A DNA stretch of 64,000 nucleotides from a virus. The stretch lies in the IMG/VR virus record IMGVR_UViG_3300027772_000010, positions 1-64,000 of that record; one strand, written 5' to 3'. Shown one piece after another: positions 38,890-46,913 of this stretch (the first letter of the stretch is position 1; each line of letters opens with the position of its first letter). A program made the position numbers and the translations under genes. The notes under the pieces were generated by a model. That model saw only the letters and a list, made by a program, of their open reading frames with translations, was not told where the DNA came from and did not search any database.

Positions 38890-38897
38890 CAAAAATA
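38890..38897 (-). promoter_or_regulatory. Bacteroidota -7 element
   Basis: TATTTTTG, intergenic. Confidence 0.5.
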
Positions 38898-38930
38898 TAA
38901 AAATATTTATTAATGTAAACAAAAAATTTA

Positions 38931-39122
38931 TCATACTAAAATAATGTTAATAGAATCATCTAAACTTAAACAAATGGTTAAGTTCTTATAAGTGGTTAAT
39001 TCTTCATAATCTTCTATACCTAAGTCCCTCTTCAAAGTTTGATAAGTATTATTATTCAGTATTAAAAACTTTCTATACTTTGAATTATAAATTTTTATAA
39101 TATCTATTATACTCTTATTCAT
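38931..39122 (-). CDS. Hypothetical protein
   Basis: 63-aa ORF overlapping the upstream stop. Confidence 0.5.
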   Translation of the reverse strand: MNKSIIDIIKIYNSKYRKFLILNNNTYQTLKRDLGIEDYEELTTYKNLTICLSLDDSINIILV

Positions 39123-39525
39123 ATTGAAAGGTTATTTCTAATTTAAACTCCTTGCTTTTATATAAAGTGATTAGCCAAGAAGGTAATTCATACTTTTCAA
39201 TCTTAGCTTTTGAAAATTTATCACTAGATAAACTCATTTTTTTAGTAATAATATTATTTTTAACTAGCCTATCATTAATATAAGCACCTACATATGAAGA
39301 ATATACACCTATTTCCTTGGCTATAGCCACATGCATTTGATTCATATTCTTAAATTGCTTTCCATTTAGCTTTTGATCCTGATCTAAAATATAATATAGT
39401 ACCCAATATAATACTTCATAAGTTTTATCTGATAATAATATTCCCTTACTAGCTAATAATACCCTGGCCCTTTCTATAAACCCATCTTTTTTGTTATTTT
39501 TAAACTCTTGTTTTAAAATTTTCAT
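39115..39525 (-). CDS. Putative winged-helix DNA-binding protein
   Basis: 'IAKEIGVYSSYVGAYINDRLVKNNIITK' resembles a wHTH recognition segment. Confidence 0.5.
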   Translation of the reverse strand: MKILKQEFKNNKKDGFIERARVLLASKGILLSDKTYEVLYWVLYYILDQDQKLNGKQFKNMNQMHVAIAKEIGVYSSYVGAYINDRLVKNNIITKKMSLSSDKFSKAKIEKYELPSWLITLYKSKEFKLEITFQYE

Positions 39526-39547
39526 TTTAATATTGTTTTATGTAATG

Positions 39548-39555
39548 CAAAAATA
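39548..39555 (-). promoter_or_regulatory. Bacteroidota -7 element
   Basis: TATTTTTG, intergenic. Confidence 0.5.
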
Positions 39556-39589
39556 TAACATTTTTTTTAAATATTATGTTTTTTTTATT

Positions 39590-39904
39590 TTAATCCAAAA
39601 ATACTAGTTCCTTTTCTAACATTTCCTCTAAAGTATCCTCTGTAAACTCACTACAATCCTTTGCTAATTGCACAAAAGCCTCAAAATCATCCTTATGTAT
39701 TCCGAATCTGTCTAATTTATAGGTCTCATAAGGAGCACAAGTCTCATCTAAGGTAATCTCTGCTAACTGTACCCCCTGAATATTACCCTGATTAGGATGA
39801 ATAGTTATCCAAATACAAGTATACTCCTGCCCCTTAATAACCCACTTCTTTGAAGGTATCTCATCAGGCTTGTTTAAGTCATTGATACATATTAATCTAC
39901 ACAT
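39590..39904 (-). CDS. Hypothetical phage protein
   Basis: 104-aa ORF with small beta-barrel-like pattern and acidic tail. Confidence 0.6.
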   Translation of the reverse strand: MCRLICINDLNKPDEIPSKKWVIKGQEYTCIWITIHPNQGNIQGVQLAEITLDETCAPYETYKLDRFGIHKDDFEAFVQLAKDCSEFTEDTLEEMLEKELVFLD

Positions 39905-39909
39905 ATTAT

Positions 39910-40101
39910 TTATTTTTTATGTTCTTCATAATAATTTAAAATAAATCCTAAAAGTACTACTATGTTCATACCACAAGATACCAGTACCTCATGTATATCC
40001 TCATAGATAGTAGTCATAAGGTGTATATGCCCCACTGTCCAAAAAGGAATAGCTAGGTTTTGTGAAATCCACACAATTAAATACTTGAAAAATTTTATCA
40101 T
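39910..40101 (-). CDS. Small membrane protein
   Basis: 63 aa with two hydrophobic stretches; promoter element at 40116-40123. Confidence 0.55.
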   Translation of the reverse strand: MIKFFKYLIVWISQNLAIPFWTVGHIHLMTTIYEDIHEVLVSCGMNIVVLLGFILNYYEEHKK

Positions 40102-40115
40102 ATTTAAATTTCATG

Positions 40116-40123
40116 CAAAATTA
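40116..40123 (-). promoter_or_regulatory. Bacteroidota -7 element re-initiating after the ncRNA terminator
   Basis: TAATTTTG, intergenic. Confidence 0.55.
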
Positions 40124-40146
40124 AATATTTTTTTTCAACTAGTAAT

Positions 40147-40189
40147 AAAAAAAAATACCAGCTTCTTCTAATTAAAGAAAAAACTGGTA
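40147..40189 (-). terminator. Intrinsic terminator closing the candidate ncRNA
   Basis: TACCAGTTTTTTCT-TTAATT-AGAAGAAGCTGGTA followed by T9. Confidence 0.75.
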
Positions 40190-40562
40190 CCTATAAGTAA
40201 AATATTGTTTATATAACTCTAACCCTTTAACTAATAAGTTAAATAAGTTCTTTTAAAGCATAAAAAGGTTAACCCAGACTTAACAGGCATACCAGTATTT
40301 TAGTAAACTTAGTTTCTTTGTTCCTATTAAGTAGTTGGTTTATAAGTAATCATATATCTCTACTTAGATTACCTACTATCCTGTATACATTAAAAGTAGA
40401 ATTACTCTATTTAAACTTTTAATCTTTCTCTCCTTACCCTTCAGGTGAGCTTGTTATCCTGGGAGGTCCTACCTTATTCAAAACTATCTAGTGAAATCCT
40501 TACCAACCAACTTTTCAGTTCAAATCTCAGGGCACTAGAATTTGTCTCAGTGAAAAAACTGA
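40147..40562 (-). ncRNA. Candidate large structured non-coding RNA (~415 nt)
   Basis: Promoter TAACTTTG upstream, terminator at the 3' end, no ORF, several helices including a 13/14-bp long-range helix and a 7-bp pseudoknot. Confidence 0.6.
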
Positions 40563-40564
40563 TG

Positions 40565-40572
40565 CAAAGTTA
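40565..40572 (-). promoter_or_regulatory. Bacteroidota housekeeping-sigma -7 element
   Basis: TAACTTTG matches TAnnTTTG and points into the ORF-free unit. Confidence 0.65.
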
Positions 40573-40775
40573 AGTAAAAAAAAGTTATTGATACCATATT
40601 TTTTAAAAATTTTTCTGAAGACCCCGTAAAATCTAAATTTTTTAAAATTTTTTTTAACCCCCTAGGCAAAATTGTTTTTGAAATTGAGTGCTGGAGTATC
40701 CCTCCCTCCAAGCCCCAGCTAACTTCGGGATTTTGGAATAGCCCCACCTATTATTAACAATTAAATTTTTCAATT

Positions 40776-41168
40776 ATGCAATCAAATTCCAGTACAACTG
40801 TAGTAGGCTCAGCCACTTACACACAAATTGATACTCTAGTAGTGTCACCAATTACTTGTCAGATAACTTCTAGCAAGGTAGTCCACTCTGACAAAGATAA
40901 CTCTGACACTCAAGTATTTGAGCTTGAATTTCTAGGGGAGTATAAAGGCGCAGGTATGCAAAAGGCTTATAGAAGATTAGGCCAAGGTATCACCAAGACT
41001 GGCGAAGCCTTTACTGTAGCACCTTTGAAGACTTTGGACAACTGCGAGATTATAGTTACCAAGAGAGATTCTGATGGTACTGTATTCTTCTCTGTTAAAG
41101 GCAGAGCAAAGGATTTCACTGCTGAAGCTGCTGATGCTGCTGCAAGAGCCAAGAGTATCTTTGGTTAA
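40776..41168 (+). CDS. First early gene; beta-rich hypothetical protein
   Basis: 130 aa, visibly less AT-rich than its neighbours, with its own terminator. Confidence 0.7.
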   Translation: MQSNSSTTVVGSATYTQIDTLVVSPITCQITSSKVVHSDKDNSDTQVFELEFLGEYKGAGMQKAYRRLGQGITKTGEAFTVAPLKTLDNCEIIVTKRDSDGTVFFSVKGRAKDFTAEAADAAARAKSIFG

Positions 41169-41172
41169 AAAT

Positions 41173-41200
41173 AAGGGGAGAAATCCCCTTGTTTTTTTTT
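41173..41200 (+). terminator. Intrinsic terminator
   Basis: AAGGGGA-GAAA-TCCCCTT-G-T9. Confidence 0.85.
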
Positions 41201-41439
41201 AGTATTTTTAACACATTTAATAGGAAAAGAAATATAATAATTTATCTAATTTTTAATTTATTAATTAAAACACAAAATAAATTATTTATTTTCTAAACCA
41301 ATTTATTTTTATTTAATTACCTATTTAACAAAAAAATTAATCTTAAACTCTACATTGTTAGTTGCCATATCTAACAACATAAAGTTTTCAAGTTTGGTAT
41401 CTATAATACCTAATTTTTTTTGTTAATAGTTTGGAAATG

Positions 41440-41481
41440 AGGGAGTTTGGTTGGTAGTATTACTAAGAACTCCCTTTTTTC
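41440..41481 (+). terminator. Terminator-like hairpin
   Basis: AGGGAGTT...AACTCCCT followed by T runs. Confidence 0.65.
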
Positions 41482-41545
41482 CTTTTTTTTCAAAACACAT
41501 TATAGGCCTTTTGGTACATTATATAGCAAAATGTTTATTTTTTAT

Positions 41546-41598
41546 ACCTGAGCTACAGGGTTTTTTAGATTACACAGAAGCTAAGTGAAAGTAATCTA
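41546..41598 (+). ncRNA. Two-hairpin RNA motif, copy 1
   Basis: ACCT-GAGCTACA-GGGT, then TAGATTAC-ACAGAAGCTAAGTGAAA-GTAATCTA. Confidence 0.6.
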
Positions 41599-41599
41599 T

Positions 41600-41705
41600 A
41601 TAATTAAATGCACCATAACTCACTTCCCAAGGGTGAGCAGTTGTAATATCAGTACAAAGTAGAAATACTGGGGTACTTATTACAATTGAGTGCAGAGGGA
41701 AATAA
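41600..41705 (+). ncRNA. Twister-like ribozyme candidate (P1-type order)
   Basis: AA-TGCAC (P2)...CTCAC-TTCCCAAGG-GTGAG (P4/L4), 11-bp P5, GTGCA-GAGGG; loop CCC can pair with GGG. Confidence 0.5.
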
Positions 41706-41828
41706 AAACTTAACAATCCTAAGTTGTTGAAGGCACTTAGTTCCCTAATAATTTACGAATATTGAATTAACAACAGTTCTTTATAGTATTTTATTAGGGT
41801 TTTAGTGTAAAACACAATCCATTATTAA

Positions 41829-41881
41829 ATCCTGAGCTACAAGGATCAAGAACTACTACAGAAGCTTAGTGAACAGTAGTT
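41829..41881 (+). ncRNA. Two-hairpin RNA motif, copy 2
   Basis: ATCCT-GAGCTACA-AGGAT, then AACTACT-ACAGAAGCTTAGTGAAC-AGTAGTT; loops conserved with copy 1 while the stems differ but still pair. Confidence 0.6.
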
Positions 41882-41909
41882 TTTATAATTAATATTAAAC
41901 AATATAACT

Positions 41910-42008
41910 ATGTTAGGAATTATAGTAATTTTCATAATGGTCTACGGATCATATTGTGCTAAGAAAGCACACCAAGAAATAATTAACAACAAAAAACTTT
42001 TTAAATAA
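41910..42008 (+). CDS. 32-aa membrane peptide, not in the ORF track
   Basis: MLGIIVIFIMVYGSYCAKKAHQEIINNKKLFK; A-rich leader. Confidence 0.4.
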   Translation: MLGIIVIFIMVYGSYCAKKAHQEIINNKKLFK

Positions 42009-42049
42009 CAAATAATTAACTTTATTAACACTAAAAATTAACAAAAAAA

Positions 42050-42649
42050 ATGGAAAATTTATTTAACAATTTACAAGAACCAACAGGAGACATTAAAGTA
42101 AGTACAGAAAAAGAATGGTTATCTCTTAATTTAGGAGGAACTATTGTACTACAAAAAGGAAATTTTTCTCAATCATTTACATATTGGGGAAATGTTAGTA
42201 AAATGAATTTTAATAACGCTAACTATATAACAATGGAAGATTGTGATTGGGATACACATACTACTATGCTAGGCAATCTTAAAATAGATAGTATATCTAA
42301 ACTTAGAACTACATTAGAGAATAGTGGGTTAAAAACACTTTCAGATAGTCTTAATTTTAGCACTGAAGAAATAAAAAAAGCTATATTTTCTATTGTTCCT
42401 AACTCAACCATAGTAAAAAATGTATTTAGAGAAAACTTTATATTATGGGAATCATTAACAGATAATGAAAAAAAAGTAATAAGAGTAAAAGATGCAATAG
42501 AAAATTACAATGATTACTTTGTCAACAACCCTTATAAATTAAAATATTTAATCTTAAAAGAAGATGGTAAATTAGATGGTGAAACAATACCAACAATAGA
42601 TCAACTAAATGAAAGATTAAATGACTTATTATTTAACATTAAAAATTAA
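42050..42649 (+). CDS. Early hypothetical protein
   Basis: 199-aa ORF with ATTAACAAAAAAAATG leader. Confidence 0.7.
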   Translation: MENLFNNLQEPTGDIKVSTEKEWLSLNLGGTIVLQKGNFSQSFTYWGNVSKMNFNNANYITMEDCDWDTHTTMLGNLKIDSISKLRTTLENSGLKTLSDSLNFSTEEIKKAIFSIVPNSTIVKNVFRENFILWESLTDNEKKVIRVKDAIENYNDYFVNNPYKLKYLILKEDGKLDGETIPTIDQLNERLNDLLFNIKN

Positions 42650-42881
42650 CAACATGAATTCAAATTTTTTATCAAAAGTATGTATAGCTTTATTTTTAAC
42701 AACCTTATTTTTATTAATTTCCTCATTATTATATGTTTATCATCAAACCAATTTAAACGCAACTTTGTTTGAAGTAGAGTTAGTTGATAGAGATATATTA
42801 GTTTATGACAATGATAATTTTGTAGGATCAGTAGAATTGCAAGGGCAATTAGACAGTCTAATGACTGATTACTTGCAGTAA
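42621..42881 (+). CDS. Early membrane protein
   Basis: Single TM segment; the true start is probably the internal MNSNF. Confidence 0.55.
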   Translation: MTYYLTLKINNMNSNFLSKVCIALFLTTLFLLISSLLYVYHQTNLNATLFEVELVDRDILVYDNDNFVGSVELQGQLDSLMTDYLQ

Positions 42882-42924
42882 ATTTATAAAGACATTAAAC
42901 TTAACTAACAAACCTTTTAATGGG

Positions 42925-42965
42925 ACTGTACCTTTTAGCATTTAGCTATTAGGTGCAGTTTTTTA
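42925..42965 (+). terminator. Terminator-like hairpin
   Basis: ACTGTACCT...AGGTGCAGT followed by a T run. Confidence 0.6.
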
Positions 42966-42989
42966 TTTATTAACATTAACTTATTTAAA

Positions 42990-43196
42990 ATGAAAGATCC
43001 AAACTTAACAAATTTAATTGATATTAAGTTAGCTGCTTTGGTAGCTCGTAAAAAGTCTGAAAATAAACTTAGTAATCAAATAGCAGAGAATAAACTTTGG
43101 CCTTCAACATTACAAGAAAATTCAGTATCACATTTTAGTGCTCAAAACACTAACTATAGTGCAATAATACAAACCATTAAAAATTATAATGGATAA
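42990..43196 (+). CDS. Early hypothetical protein
   Basis: 68-aa ORF with A/T-rich leader. Confidence 0.55.
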   Translation: MKDPNLTNLIDIKLAALVARKKSENKLSNQIAENKLWPSTLQENSVSHFSAQNTNYSAIIQTIKNYNG

Positions 43197-43317
43197 CAAA
43201 TACATTTAAGGCATTGTATATAGTTGCCACACAAAACACAATATAGTTTTAAATGTATAGGTAGCTCAAACCTTAATCAGAGCTCTGTTTGTCAACTACA
43301 TAATAAGTTGATACCTT

Positions 43318-43350
43318 GGTGGTTATATGGTTAAACCACTTTTTATTTTT
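43318..43350 (+). terminator. Terminator-like hairpin
   Basis: GTGGTT-ATATGGTTA-AACCAC-TTTTT. Confidence 0.55.
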
Positions 43351-43458
43351 TAAATAAGATTATGACTAAAAAGAAAAAAATTAGTATAGTATTTGACTTT
43401 GAATCTGTTGTAGAAATAGATTGTTTAGATTAAAAATTAACCTATTAACAAAAAAAAT

Positions 43459-44688
43459 ATGAAATTACCAATATTCTCAGACTCATTTATAGAGTTTTTA
43501 AACAACATTAAAAAAGAATCTAGAATTGCTAGATTAATAATATCTGTCATTCAAATGCACAATGATGGTTTTAAGAATATGTTACCTAGAGTATTAACTA
43601 ATGACAATGTTAATTATATTACATATAGATCTGATGGTAACATATCATTTTTACCTACTGGAAAAGAACACGTTGTAAATGATGACAACACTTGGTCTAG
43701 AACTAATAGACAATCTGGCAAACCAGCTAAAATAATTCGCAAATTATTCACAGACAAAATGTTATCATTACTTAATGAACAAGACTTTGAAATATTTAAT
43801 AACTACTATAAATGTAAATTTAACACTACAGGATATAGATTTGAATTATTAGATAATACTCAAATTGCTGAAGTTTATGATATGACTTTAGAAAATGGAA
43901 GTTCAAGTCTAAATAATTCTTGTATGAATGGTAAAAGTGATTGTTTAGATATTTACACTTATTGTAAAGACTTAAAAATTTTAGCTTTATTTAACCAAAA
44001 CAATGAATTAGCAGGTAGAGCATTAGTATGGACTATTATAGATGAAGAAATAGATGGATCAAAAATTATCTTAATGGATAGAGTTTATGTAACTCAGGAC
44101 TATTTATATGATTTATTTATAGAACATGCTACATCTAATAAATGGTGGTATAAACAAGATTATAAGTCTATGCATAGTAAAACTAGTTTTATTAATTCTG
44201 AAGGAAATGTTTTATATAGAAAGTTTAAAATATATACTGCTACAGATTTTGACACTTATCCTTATATAGATACTTTTCAATATGGTGATGATGGTTATTT
44301 AACAAACCAGCCTGATGGTAAATATGAATATTCTAGTACAGATGGTGAAAGATCTGGAGGTGATGTTTATGATGATATTACAGGTAATTATATAAGTCAA
44401 GATGATGCAGTAACAATAGAGTATGGTGAATATGAAGGTGAAAGAACACATATAGATAATACTGTAATGGTTAATGATTCTTATTATTGGAAAGACAGTG
44501 AAGATTTATGTATTATTAATTATGAATACTATCTTAAAGAAGATTGTGTATATTCTGATTATGATGATGAATACTATTTAGAAGACGATTGTGTATATTC
44601 TGAATATCATAGCACACATATATTAATATCAGATGCTTATGAAGTTGATGGTAACTATTATCATCAAGATATTGTAAACAAATTATAA
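43459..44688 (+). CDS. Phage protein with SCM / GRALVW / MDRVY / PYIDT motifs and acidic C-terminal repeats
   Basis: 409 aa; motifs visible directly; function unknown. Confidence 0.7.
   Translation: MKLPIFSDSFIEFLNNIKKESRIARLIISVIQMHNDGFKNMLPRVLTNDNVNYITYRSDGNISFLPTGKEHVVNDDNTWSRTNRQSGKPAKIIRKLFTDKMLSLLNEQDFEIFNNYYKCKFNTTGYRFELLDNTQIAEVYDMTLENGSSSLNNSCMNGKSDCLDIYTYCKDLKILALFNQNNELAGRALVWTIIDEEIDGSKIILMDRVYVTQDYLYDLFIEHATSNKWWYKQDYKSMHSKTSFINSEGNVLYRKFKIYTATDFDTYPYIDTFQYGDDGYLTNQPDGKYEYSSTDGERSGGDVYDDITGNYISQDDAVTIEYGEYEGERTHIDNTVMVNDSYYWKDSEDLCIINYEYYLKEDCVYSDYDDEYYLEDDCVYSEYHSTHILISDAYEVDGNYYHQDIVNKL
44521..44610 (+). repeat. 45-bp in-frame tandem duplication
   Basis: Encodes EYYLKEDCVYSDYDD / EYYLEDDCVYSEYHS. 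Confidence 0.7.
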
Positions 44689-44707
44689 ATTATTAAACAA
44701 AAAAATT

Positions 44708-45715
44708 ATGAACAGATTACAAGAATTAAAAAATGTATTAAAAGTACAAACCTCTTCTTATGACCAATGGAGAATGTTTGCATTTATAATAAGATATATT
44801 ACTAAATTTAACAATATTTCTTATTACACAGATAATGGTAATGTATACATTACTAAAGGAAGTGCTAACTCTTACCCTTGTGTAGTAGCTCATATGGATA
44901 CTGTTCACTCTATTGTAGAAGATTTATCATTATTAACTATAAATGAGAACATTACAGGATTTAATAATGTTACTATGACTCAAACAGGTGTAGGGGGTGA
45001 TGACAAAGTAGGTATATTTATAGCCTTACAATGTTTAAATCATTTTGACAATATTAAGTTAGTCTTTTTCAGAGATGAAGAAGTTGGTTGTCAGGGATCT
45101 TATCTAGCAGAAATAGACTTTTTTAACAATGTTAATTTTGTTTTACAATGTGATAGAAGAGGTAATAGTGATTTTATTGTTAATGCAGGAAGTGTAGAAT
45201 TATCTAGTAAAGACTTTCAGAATGACATTATAACTGTAATTAAAAAATATGGATATTCTTTTAATAATGGTATGATGACAGATGTTATGGCTTTAAAAGA
45301 AATTGGCTTACCTGTCTCTGCAGCTAATATTAGTTGTGGGTATTATAATCCTCATATGGAAAATGAGTATGTTAATATTCCAGATGTAATGAACTGTTTA
45401 GATATGGTTATAAATATTATTGCTAGTTTTGGACATAAATCATACTATCATGTATACAATACAACAGTGTCTAAAAATAAAGACAAAAACTATAATTATA
45501 ATTTTTTAAAAACTAATTATGGTATTTTAGAAGATGATTATATTTTTGACACAACAGATTCTTATACATTTAACAAATCAGAAGAAATGGATTACAAAAA
45601 AGAATATTATTATTGTAAAAATTGCTTAACTTATGAATATAAAAGTAGTTTACAAAATGATTTATGTGATTTTTGTATGGAATATGAAACTGAAAAAAAC
45701 AATTATTTCCTTTAA
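44708..45715 (+). CDS. M20/M28-clan zinc peptidase
   Basis: 'AHMDTVH', 'GGDDKVG', 'DEEVG', 'QCDRRG', 'GYYNPH'; C-terminal CxxC...CxxC. Confidence 0.85.
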   Translation: MNRLQELKNVLKVQTSSYDQWRMFAFIIRYITKFNNISYYTDNGNVYITKGSANSYPCVVAHMDTVHSIVEDLSLLTINENITGFNNVTMTQTGVGGDDKVGIFIALQCLNHFDNIKLVFFRDEEVGCQGSYLAEIDFFNNVNFVLQCDRRGNSDFIVNAGSVELSSKDFQNDIITVIKKYGYSFNNGMMTDVMALKEIGLPVSAANISCGYYNPHMENEYVNIPDVMNCLDMVINIIASFGHKSYYHVYNTTVSKNKDKNYNYNFLKTNYGILEDDYIFDTTDSYTFNKSEEMDYKKEYYYCKNCLTYEYKSSLQNDLCDFCMEYETEKNNYFL

Positions 45716-45725
45716 ATAACTAAAT

Positions 45726-46610
45726 ATGACTAACAACGAAGAAATATTTAATCAAGGATTAGATATACTAAATAAATTTAAACTAAATTGGAACGTAACA
45801 AAATTACCTTTATTTTCTAATTTAGAAACTGACATTTTACCCACCAATTCTTTTGGTATTTTTAGAACAGATACAAATGAGTGGTTAGGAACTCATGGTA
45901 AAAATTATGTTCCTTTGCAAAACTTTGATTTAATTAATACAGTATTAACTGCTTCACAAGACATTCAAGACTTTAATTTACAAGAAGTTAGAGCTGGAGT
46001 TTTTTTAAAAGGTAGAAAAGTGTATATTCAATTACCATTAAGGAATGAAGAAATAGGTGCTTCTCAAGTTAAAAGATGGATTACAGCATTAAATTCTCAT
46101 GATGGTAGTACAGCAGTAGCTTTTGGTTCACAACAAACAGTAATTATTTGTGAAAATACTTTTTATAAAGCTTATAAAGAATTAAATAAAGTAAGACATA
46201 GCTTACATATGAATCAAAAATTAGAAGTTATGGTAGAAGATTTAAATGCTTCTTTACTATTAGATAAATTAATGGTAGATGAATTTAAGTCTTGGATTGA
46301 TAAACCTATTACTACTAATCAAATAGATGCTGTATTAAAGTCTATAGTATCATTAGATGATACACAAGATTTGGAAGACATAAGCACTCGTAAAAGCAAT
46401 CAAATCAAAAAAATTAATGAATCTTTTGAAACAGAGTTTGCTACACAAGGAGAAAACTTGTGGGGATTATTTAATGGAGTAACTCGTTACACTAACCATA
46501 ATATGTTTCCTAATAAAAGTCAAAATAGTATTCAAGAAAGCTTAATGCTTGGTCAAGCAGCTAAAATTAATGAAACTGCTTTTAATCAAATACATGCATT
46601 TGCAAATTAA
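45726..46610 (+). CDS. DUF932-family protein
   Basis: 'YVPLQN', 'LNSHDGS', 'VIICEN', 'VRHS', 'WGLFNGVTRY'. Confidence 0.85.
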   Translation: MTNNEEIFNQGLDILNKFKLNWNVTKLPLFSNLETDILPTNSFGIFRTDTNEWLGTHGKNYVPLQNFDLINTVLTASQDIQDFNLQEVRAGVFLKGRKVYIQLPLRNEEIGASQVKRWITALNSHDGSTAVAFGSQQTVIICENTFYKAYKELNKVRHSLHMNQKLEVMVEDLNASLLLDKLMVDEFKSWIDKPITTNQIDAVLKSIVSLDDTQDLEDISTRKSNQIKKINESFETEFATQGENLWGLFNGVTRYTNHNMFPNKSQNSIQESLMLGQAAKINETAFNQIHAFAN

Positions 46611-46625
46611 TTTAAACTAATTAAA

Positions 46626-46655
46626 GTAGTGGGAGTAAAATCCCACTATTTTTAT
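46626..46655 (+). terminator. Intrinsic terminator
   Basis: TAGTGGGA-GTAAAA-TCCCACTA-TTTTT. Confidence 0.8.
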
Positions 46656-46685
46656 TTTATTAACAAAAAAATTTAAATTAAAATA

Positions 46686-46886
46686 ATGGAATTTAAAATC
46701 AAGGAAATAATTGAACAAATAAAATTACTTAATGATACCGATTTTTACAAAGTTAATAATGTAATAGATGAACAAGATTTACATCCTGAAACAAAAAAAT
46801 TAGCTAACTCTAATAGACGAATAATGACTTTATTCACTCAGCTCTATTGGCAGATAAGACAGGAAAAGAATAGGTTTTTAAAGTAA
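46686..46886 (+). CDS. Early hypothetical protein
   Basis: 66-aa ORF. Confidence 0.55.
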   Translation: MEFKIKEIIEQIKLLNDTDFYKVNNVIDEQDLHPETKKLANSNRRIMTLFTQLYWQIRQEKNRFLK

Positions 46887-46913
46887 CTATTAAATATAAA
46901 AGTAACAAAAAAA

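Noticed and set aside
40547-40747. 66-aa minus-strand ORF
   Set aside because: Non-ATG start, composition driven by A/T tracts, and it overlaps the promoter and divergence region; probably spurious.
41546-41881. CRISPR mini-array or hammerhead ribozyme
   Set aside because: Only two copies 283 bp apart, with variable stems; no cas genes; no CUGANGA core.
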